A DNA stretch of 32,000 bases, taken from Cupriavidus necator. GTDB lineage: Bacteria > Pseudomonadota > Gammaproteobacteria > Burkholderiales > Burkholderiaceae. The notes below the pieces were generated by a model. That model was not told the DNA's origin, made no database searches, and was given only the letters and a program-made list of their open reading frames with translations. A program made the translations under genes and the position numbers. Below, one piece after another: positions 25,520 to 32,000 of the stretch. The stretch covers positions 2,460,001 through 2,492,000 of the forward strand of contig NZ_CP066019.1 in NCBI RefSeq assembly GCF_016127575.1. Direction: 5' to 3'. Within the stretch, counting starts at the first letter, position 1. Every line of letters begins with the position of its first letter.

Positions 25520-26800
25520 ATGGCCACCCACCCACGCGCGCCGGAGCCCATTGCGCCCGGCGCCGCAATCACGCTGGCGTCCAGCACTTTCGCCTTCACC
25601 ATCTGCTTTGCCGTCTGGATGCTGTTCGCGGTCCTCGGCATCCCGCTCAAGCAGGAGCTTGGCCTGAGCGACACTGAATTCGGACTGCTGGCCGCCACGC
25701 CCGTCCTCAGCGGCTCGCTGATCCGGGTGCCGCTGGGCATCTGGACCGACCGCTACGGCGGGCGCATCGTCTTCTTCGTGCTGATGCTGGCCACCGTGAT
25801 CCCGATCTGGCTGATCTCGTATGCGCACACGCTGTGGCAGCTGCTGGTGCTGGGCTTGTTCGTCGGCCTGGCGGGCGGCTCGTTCTCGGTCGGCACGCCG
25901 TATGTGGCGCGCTGGTTCCCGCGCTCGCGCCAGGGCCTGGCGATGGGCATCTTCGGCGCCGGCAACTCGGGCGCGGCGCTGACCAAGTTCGTCGCGCCGG
26001 CGATGATCCTGGCCGCCGGCACCTGGACCGTGGTGCCGCGCGTGTATTCGGTGGCGATGCTGGTCACAGCGCTGCTGTTCTGGGTGTTCTCGCGCAGCAA
26101 CCCGGCGCACCTGGTCAAGTCCAGCGTCGGCTGGCGCGAGCAGCTCGCCGTGATGCGCGACCCGCGCGTGTGGCGCTACTCGCAGTACTACTCGGTGGTG
26201 TTCGGCGGCTATGTCGGCCTGTCGCTGTGGATGACCAAGTACTACATCGGCGAATACGGCTTCGACATCAAGACCGCCGCCTTCCTGGCCGCGTGCTTCT
26301 CGCTGCCCGGCGGCGTGCTGCGCGCCATCGGCGGCTGGATCTCCGACCGCTACGGCGCGCACCGCACCACCTGGTGGGTGATGTGGGTGAGCTGGGTCGG
26401 CTTCTTCCTGCTGAGCTACCCGCAGACCGATTTCATCGTCCAGACCACCAGCGGCCCGCAGGGTTTTCGCATCGCGCTGACGCCCACGGTCTTCACCTTC
26501 CTGCTGTTCGTGGTCGGCATCGCCTTTGCCATCGGCAAGGCCTCGGTATTCAAGTTCATCTCCAACGACTTCACGCACAACATCGGCGCGGTTTCCGGTG
26601 TGGTCGGCCTGGCTGGCGGGCTGGGCGGCTTCGTGCTGCCGGTGCTGTTCGGCATGCTGGCCGACCTGACCGGCGTGCGCAGCAGCTGCTTCATGCTGAT
26701 GTACGGCACCGTGTGCGTGAGCCTGGTGTGGATGCACTACAGCCAGCGCGCTGAACGCCAGCGCAAGGCACAGGCCGTCGGCCTCACGCAGGCCGCCTGA
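25520..26800 (+). CDS. narK: Nitrate/nitrite transporter NarK1 (MFS NNP family)
   Basis: MFS with NNP-type motifs and a position directly upstream of narK2-narG. AGGAG at 25507-25511 favours the second ATG (25520) over the track start at 25514. Confidence 0.9.
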   Translation: MATHPRAPEPIAPGAAITLASSTFAFTICFAVWMLFAVLGIPLKQELGLSDTEFGLLAATPVLSGSLIRVPLGIWTDRYGGRIVFFVLMLATVIPIWLISYAHTLWQLLVLGLFVGLAGGSFSVGTPYVARWFPRSRQGLAMGIFGAGNSGAALTKFVAPAMILAAGTWTVVPRVYSVAMLVTALLFWVFSRSNPAHLVKSSVGWREQLAVMRDPRVWRYSQYYSVVFGGYVGLSLWMTKYYIGEYGFDIKTAAFLAACFSLPGGVLRAIGGWISDRYGAHRTTWWVMWVSWVGFFLLSYPQTDFIVQTTSGPQGFRIALTPTVFTFLLFVVGIAFAIGKASVFKFISNDFTHNIGAVSGVVGLAGGLGGFVLPVLFGMLADLTGVRSSCFMLMYGTVCVSLVWMHYSQRAERQRKAQAVGLTQAA

Positions 26801-26841
26801 GCGACGGCCCCTGTTACGCACAACAACCAAGGCACACTGTC

Positions 26842-28227
26842 ATGTCCTCTTCCGTACTGACCCGCTGGGAGCCCGAGAATAAGGTCTTCTGGAAAAGCCA
26901 GGGCGAGCGCATCGCCTACCGCAACCTGTGGATCTCGATCCCGGCGCTGATGCTGGCCTTCGTGGTCTGGATGCTGTGGAGCGTGGTCGCGGTCAACCTC
27001 GACCGCGCCGGCTTCCAGTTCACCAAGAACCAGCTGTTCTGGCTGACCGCGCTGCCGGCGCTGTCCGGCGCCACGCTGCGCATCTTCTATTCGTTCCTGG
27101 TGCCGGTGTTCGGCGGGCGGCGCTTCACCGCGATCTCCACCGCACTGCTGCTGATCCCGGCGCTGGGCATGGGCTTCGCGCTGCGCGACCCGTCCACCGG
27201 CTATCCGACGCTGCTGGTGCTGGCGCTGCTGTGCGGGCTGGGCGGCGCCAACTTCAGCTCCTCAATGGCCAATATCAGCTTCTTCTTCCCCAAGGCGAAG
27301 AAGGGGCTGGCCACCGGGCTGAACGCGGGCATCGGCAACCTCGGCGTGTCGGTGGTGCAGTTCGTCACGCCGCTGGTGGTGTCGATCGCAGTGTTCGGCG
27401 CGCTCGGCGGCGAGCCGCAGCAGTACACGGCCAACGGCGCCACGCATGACCTGTGGCTGCAGAACGCGGGCTTTGTCTGGGTGCCGTTCATCATCGTGTC
27501 GGCACTGGCGGCGTGGTTCGGCATGCATGACATCGCGGATGCCAAGGCATCGTTTGCCGAGCAGGCGGTGATCTTCAAGCGCAAGCACAACTGGCTGATG
27601 TGCTGGCTGTACGTGGGCACCTTCGGTTCGTTCATCGGCTTCTCGGCGGGGCTGGCGCTGCTGACCAAGTCGCAGTTCCCCGGCGTCAATCCCACCGCTT
27701 ATGCCTTCCTGGGGCCGCTGGTAGGCGCGCTGACGCGTCCCGTGGGTGGCTGGACCTCCGACAAGCTGGGCGGCGCGCGGGTCACGCTGTGGACCTTCGT
27801 CGGCATGATCGCCGCGGTGTTCGCGGTGCTGGCGGCGCTGCCGCATGACGGCGCCGGCGGCAACTTCACATTCTTCCTGGCCGCCTTTATCGCGTTGTTC
27901 GCGCTGACCGGCATCGGCAACGGTTCGACCTTCCGCATGATTCCGGTGATCTTCCTGACCGAGCGCCAGCGCGCTGCCGCGGGCAAGGGCGACGCGGCAC
28001 AGAAGCAGGCATTGCAGGACGCCGGCAAGGAATCCGCCGCGGTGCTGGGCTTCTCCGGTGCGATCGGCGCCTACGGCGGCTTCTTTATCCCCAAGAGCTT
28101 CGGCACCTCGCTGGAGTTGACCGGCGCCGCCGACGCCGCGCTGTATTGCTTTATCGCCTTCTACCTCAGCTGCGTGCTGGTGACTTGGTGGCACTACGCG
28201 CGCCGCAACGCGCCCATGCCCTGCTGA
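26842..28227 (+). CDS. narK: Nitrate/nitrite antiporter NarK2 (MFS NNP family)
   Basis: 461 aa. The start LTRWEPENKVFWKSQGERIAYRNLWISIPALMLAFVVWMLWS is typical of NarK/NarK2, as are the glycine-rich NNP signatures (GLGGANFSSSMANISFFFP, GIGNGSTFRMIP). Confidence 0.9.
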   Translation: MSSSVLTRWEPENKVFWKSQGERIAYRNLWISIPALMLAFVVWMLWSVVAVNLDRAGFQFTKNQLFWLTALPALSGATLRIFYSFLVPVFGGRRFTAISTALLLIPALGMGFALRDPSTGYPTLLVLALLCGLGGANFSSSMANISFFFPKAKKGLATGLNAGIGNLGVSVVQFVTPLVVSIAVFGALGGEPQQYTANGATHDLWLQNAGFVWVPFIIVSALAAWFGMHDIADAKASFAEQAVIFKRKHNWLMCWLYVGTFGSFIGFSAGLALLTKSQFPGVNPTAYAFLGPLVGALTRPVGGWTSDKLGGARVTLWTFVGMIAAVFAVLAALPHDGAGGNFTFFLAAFIALFALTGIGNGSTFRMIPVIFLTERQRAAAGKGDAAQKQALQDAGKESAAVLGFSGAIGAYGGFFIPKSFGTSLELTGAADAALYCFIAFYLSCVLVTWWHYARRNAPMPC

Positions 28228-28424
28228 CCCTGTCACCAGTCCCGCCGGCCGGGCTAGTTCTTCCGAACTAGTCCCGTGCCCGGCGCCTAGCCCGATCGCC
28301 ATGCGGCGGCTGTTCCACCAGCGAATTGGCTGCCGCCCGCCTCCCCCATAAGCTGAGAGTGTCCCTGCAAAGCTCCTGAAACCACCGGAGCGCCCGCAGC
28401 AAAGCACTCGCGGAGAACAAAGCA

Positions 28425-31400
28425 ATGAGTCATTTCCTGGATCGACTGAAGTTCATGTCGCGCGTCAAGTCCACCTATGCGGATGGCCACGGCGCGGTGG
28501 TGAACGAAGACCGCAAGTGGGAAGACGGCTATCGCAGCCGCTGGCAGCACGACAAGATCGTGCGCTCGACCCACGGCGTGAACTGCACCGGCTCCTGCTC
28601 GTGGAAGGTCTACGTGAAGAATGGCCTGATCACGTGGGAAACCCAGCAGACCGACTACCCGCGCACGCGCCCGGACCTGCCCAACCATGAGCCGCGCGGC
28701 TGCCCGCGCGGGGCCTCGTACAGCTGGTACGTCTACTCCGCGCAGCGCGTCAAGTACCCGATGATCCGCGGCCGCCTGATGGAGATGTGGCGCGAGGCCC
28801 GCAAGACCATGGACCCGATCGCCGCGTGGGAATCGATCAGCCAGGATCCGAAGAAGGCCGCGCGCTACAAGAGCGTGCGCGGCCAGGGCGGCTTCGTGCG
28901 CGCCGACTGGAACACCGCCACCGAGATCATCGCCGCGGCCAACGCCTTTACCGTGAAGAAATTCGGCCCGGACCGCGTGATCGGCTTCTCGCCGATCCCG
29001 GCCATGTCGATGGTGTCGTATGCCGCCGGCGCACGCTACCTGAGCCTGCTCGGCGGCGCCTGCCTGTCGTTCTACGACTGGTACTGCGACCTGCCGCCGG
29101 CCAGCCCGCAAGTGTGGGGGGAGCAGACCGACGTGCCGGAATCGGCCGACTGGTACAACTCCACCTACCTGATGGTGTGGGGCTCGAACGTGCCGCAGAC
29201 CCGCACGCCCGACGCGCACTTCTACACCGAGGTCCGCTACAAGGGCACCAAGACCGTGGCGGTGTCATCCGACTTCGGCGAGATGGTCAAGTTCGGCGAC
29301 ATCTGGCTGGCGCCGAAGCAAGGCACCGACGCCGCACTGGCGATGGCCATGGGCCACGTCGTGCTGAAGGAATTCCACGCCAGCGGCAAGTCCGCCTACT
29401 TCCGCGATTACGTGAAGCAGTACACCGACATGCCGATGCTGGTGCTGCTGCGTGACAACCAGGGCACGCTGGTGCCCGACCACTTCCTGCGCGCCTCGCA
29501 CCTGGCCGATAACCTCGGCGAAGCCAACCATCCCGAGTGGAAGACCCTGCTGGTCGACGACGCCACCGGCGAGATCGTCGCGCCCAACGGCTCGATCGGC
29601 TTCCGCTGGGGCGAAGGCGCCCACAACGGCGGCGAGAAGATCGGCCGCTGGAACCTGGAGATGAAGGACGGCGGCAGCGGCCGCCCGGTCGAGCCGCGCC
29701 TGTCGCTGCTCGGCAAGGAAGACGAGGTGGTGGAAGTGGGCTTCCCCTACTTCGGCGGCGAACACGATGAACTGCTGCGCCGCCGCGTGCCGGCACGCCG
29801 GCTGACGCTGGCCGATGGCAGCACTGCGCTGGTGGCGACCGTGTATGACCTGCAGATGGCCAACTACGGCGTGGATCAGGGACTCGGCGGGCCGAACGTC
29901 GCCGCCTCGTACGACGATGACGTGCCCTACACCCCCGCCTGGCAGGAAAAGCACACCTCCGTCCCGGCCCGCCTGGTGACGCAGGTTGCGCGCGAATTCG
30001 CCGACAACGCCGACCGCACGCAAGGCAAGAGCATGGTCATCGTTGGTGCCGCGCTCAACCACTGGTACCACAACGACATGATCTACCGCGGCATCATCAA
30101 CCTGCTGATGATGTGCGGCTGCATCGGCAAGAGCGGCGGCGGCTGGGCCCACTACGTCGGCCAGGAAAAGCTGCGCCCGCAGTTCGGCTGGGCCCCGCTC
30201 GCCTTCGGCCTGGACTGGTCGCGCCCGCCGCGCCAGATGAACGGTACTTCGTTCTTCTACAACCACACCAGCCAGTGGCGCCACGAGAAGCTGGCCGTCG
30301 ACGAGATCCTGTCGCCGACTGCCGACCGCAAGCGCTATGACGGCCTGTCGCTGCTGGACCTGAACGCGAAGTCCGAACGGATGGGCTGGCTGCCGTCGGC
30401 CCCGCAACTGGGCACCAATCCGCTCGACGTGGTCGATGCGGCCGAGCGCGCCGGACAGGACCCGGTCGCCTACACGGTCGAGCAACTGAAGTCCGGCAAG
30501 CTGCAGTTCGCCTGCGACGATCCCGACAACCCGGCCAACTTCCCGCGCAATATGTTCGTGTGGCGCTCCAACATCCTGGGCAGCTCGGGCAAGGGGCATG
30601 AGTACTTCCTGAAGTACCTGCTGGGCACGCAGAACGCCGTGTTCGGCGACGAGAACGACGCGATCAAGCCAAGCGAAGTCAACGTGCGCCCGGCCGCCGA
30701 AGGCAAGCTGGACCTGCTGACCGTGCTGGATTTCCGCATGAGCACCACCTGCCTTTACGGCGACATCGTGCTGCCGACGGCTACCTGGTACGAGAAGGAC
30801 GACCTCAACACGTCCGACATGCACCCGTTCATCCACCCGCTGTCCGAAGCCGTGCAGCCGCTGTGGGAAAGCAAGACCGACTGGGAGATCTACAAGGCCA
30901 TCGCGAAGAAATTCAGCGAGATCGCCGGGCCCTATCTCGGCACGCGCAAGGACCTGGTGTGCACGCCGCTGCTGCACGACACCCCGGGCGAACTCGGCCA
31001 GCCGTTCGAACCGAAGGACTGGAAGGCCGGCGAGTGCGACCTGGTCCCCGGCAAGACCGCGCCGTCGATGACCGTGGTCGAACGCAACTACGCCGACATC
31101 TACAAGAAATTCACCTCGATCGGGCCGCTGCTGGACAAGCTCGGCAATGGCGGCAAGGGCATCAACTGGAACACCCAGCATGAAGTCAAGGAGATCGGCC
31201 AGCTCAGCCACACCGTCAAGGAGCCCGGCGTCAGCCAGGGCCGCCCGCGGCTGGAGAGCGCGATCGATGCCGCCGAGATGATCCTGACCTTCGCGCCCGA
31301 GACCAACGGCCATGTCGCCGTCAAGGCATGGGAGGCGCTGTCGAAGATCACCGGCCGCGACCACACCCACCTGGCCGAAGGCCGCGAGCACGACAAGATC

Positions 31401-32000
31401 CGCTTCCGCGACGTGCAGGCGCAGCCGCGCAAGATCATCTCCGCGCCGACCTGGTCGGGCCTGGAATCGGAAGAGGTCAGCTACAACGCCGGCTACACCA
31501 ACGTGCACGAGCTGATCCCCTGGCGCACGCTGACCGGCCGCCAGCAGTTCTGGCAGGACCACCGCTGGATGCTGGACTTCGGCGAAGGCGCGTGCGTGTA
31601 CAAGCCGGCCATCGACACCAAGACGGTGGCGCCGATGCTGGGCAAGAAGCCCAACGGCAACCCGGAGCTGGTGCTGAACTGGATCACGCCGCACCAGAAG
31701 TGGGGCATCCACTCCACCTACTCGGACAACCTGCGCATGCTGACGCTGTCGCGCGGCGGCCCGCACGTGTGGATCTCGGAAACCGAGGCCAAGGCAAACG
31801 GCATCCGCGACAACGATTGGGTGGAAGTGTTCAACGTCAACGGCACGCTGACCGCCCGCGTGGTGGTGTCGCAGCGCGTGCCCAAGGGCATGTGTCTGAT
31901 GTACCACGCCCAGGAAAAAATCGTGAACGTGCCCGGCGCCGAGACCAGCGGCATGCGCGGCGGCATCCATAACTCGGTCACGCGCGCCGTGACCAAGCCC
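28425..32000 (+). CDS. narG: Respiratory nitrate reductase alpha subunit NarG, N-terminal ~1192 codons; the 3' end lies beyond the window
   Basis: My own translation from ATG 28425 (GGAGAA upstream) gives MSHFLDRLKFMSRV...HGVNCTGSCSWKVYVKNGLITWETQQTDYPRTRPDLPNHEPRGCPRGASYSWY, which includes the FS0 cluster ligand motif. Further on it reads ...DAHFYTEVRYKGTKTVAVSSDFGEM... and ends ...GGIHNSVTRAVTKP at base 32000. No track ORF occupies this frame because it never reaches a stop. Confidence 0.95.
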   Translation, partial: MSHFLDRLKFMSRVKSTYADGHGAVVNEDRKWEDGYRSRWQHDKIVRSTHGVNCTGSCSWKVYVKNGLITWETQQTDYPRTRPDLPNHEPRGCPRGASYSWYVYSAQRVKYPMIRGRLMEMWREARKTMDPIAAWESISQDPKKAARYKSVRGQGGFVRADWNTATEIIAAANAFTVKKFGPDRVIGFSPIPAMSMVSYAAGARYLSLLGGACLSFYDWYCDLPPASPQVWGEQTDVPESADWYNSTYLMVWGSNVPQTRTPDAHFYTEVRYKGTKTVAVSSDFGEMVKFGDIWLAPKQGTDAALAMAMGHVVLKEFHASGKSAYFRDYVKQYTDMPMLVLLRDNQGTLVPDHFLRASHLADNLGEANHPEWKTLLVDDATGEIVAPNGSIGFRWGEGAHNGGEKIGRWNLEMKDGGSGRPVEPRLSLLGKEDEVVEVGFPYFGGEHDELLRRRVPARRLTLADGSTALVATVYDLQMANYGVDQGLGGPNVAASYDDDVPYTPAWQEKHTSVPARLVTQVAREFADNADRTQGKSMVIVGAALNHWYHNDMIYRGIINLLMMCGCIGKSGGGWAHYVGQEKLRPQFGWAPLAFGLDWSRPPRQMNGTSFFYNHTSQWRHEKLAVDEILSPTADRKRYDGLSLLDLNAKSERMGWLPSAPQLGTNPLDVVDAAERAGQDPVAYTVEQLKSGKLQFACDDPDNPANFPRNMFVWRSNILGSSGKGHEYFLKYLLGTQNAVFGDENDAIKPSEVNVRPAAEGKLDLLTVLDFRMSTTCLYGDIVLPTATWYEKDDLNTSDMHPFIHPLSEAVQPLWESKTDWEIYKAIAKKFSEIAGPYLGTRKDLVCTPLLHDTPGELGQPFEPKDWKAGECDLVPGKTAPSMTVVERNYADIYKKFTSIGPLLDKLGNGGKGINWNTQHEVKEIGQLSHTVKEPGVSQGRPRLESAIDAAEMILTFAPETNGHVAVKAWEALSKITGRDHTHLAEGREHDKIRFRDVQAQPRKIISAPTWSGLESEEVSYNAGYTNVHELIPWRTLTGRQQFWQDHRWMLDFGEGACVYKPAIDTKTVAPMLGKKPNGNPELVLNWITPHQKWGIHSTYSDNLRMLTLSRGGPHVWISETEAKANGIRDNDWVEVFNVNGTLTARVVVSQRVPKGMCLMYHAQEKIVNVPGAETSGMRGGIHNSVTRAVTKP

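Noticed and set aside
28382-28395. The 14-mer CCACCGGAGCGCCC upstream of narG, identical to part of element copy B (19927-19940)
   Set aside because: The flanking sequence does not align at the same spacing and the palindrome and TAGGCAAC blocks are absent. A single GC-rich 14-mer match in 32 kb could be chance, so I did not count it as a third copy.
29265-31970. 901-aa ORF on the minus strand
   Set aside because: It lies entirely antisense to narG. The translation is Ala/Arg/Gly/His-rich with no recognisable motifs, as expected for the complementary frame of a high-GC3 gene. It is a shadow ORF.

Overview
Very GC-rich DNA with strong GC3 bias. Composition and gene content suggest a Cupriavidus/Ralstonia-type Burkholderiaceae chromosome; this is an inference, not a database hit. 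Gene order, left to right: the 3' part of a 2-oxoacid dehydrogenase E2 gene, a small ribbon-helix-helix protein, a SulP/STAS anion permease, UspA, a 1-Cys peroxiredoxin and an orphan CheV. Next is an 8-gene co-directional, partly translationally coupled operon: HutC/GntR regulator, AprA-like flavoprotein, AprB-like 2x[4Fe-4S] ferredoxin, NitT/TauT-type ABC importer (binding protein, permease, ATPase), HEAT-repeat protein and DUF971 protein. Convergent to it is a BNR/sialidase-fold protein plus a MoaD/ThiS-like protein ending in GG. Then come a GNAT-like protein, an NCS2 purine permease, a lower-GC VOC gene next to an H-NS-like gene, a lipoprotein, AraC and LysR regulators, an MFS exporter and a decayed DUF1016 (YhcG-like) gene. 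The window ends with nnrS, narK1, narK2 and about 1190 codons of narG. The narG frame stays open to the window end, so it is absent from the supplied ORF track; the 901-aa minus-strand ORF over it is a shadow. The track also uses non-ATG starts (for example 22109 is TTG), so several starts were re-picked using RBS and family N-termini. I saw no rRNA, tRNA, CRISPR array or intact mobile element. The best candidate for something undescribed is the AprBA-like oxidoreductase/ABC-importer/HEAT/DUF971 operon at 5784-13095, with a sulfur-carrier-like gene pair abutting it. A second candidate is a ~94-nt intergenic element present twice (4421-4514 and 19861-19954) that starts with a TATCCAC/GTGGATA (DnaA-box-like) palindrome.
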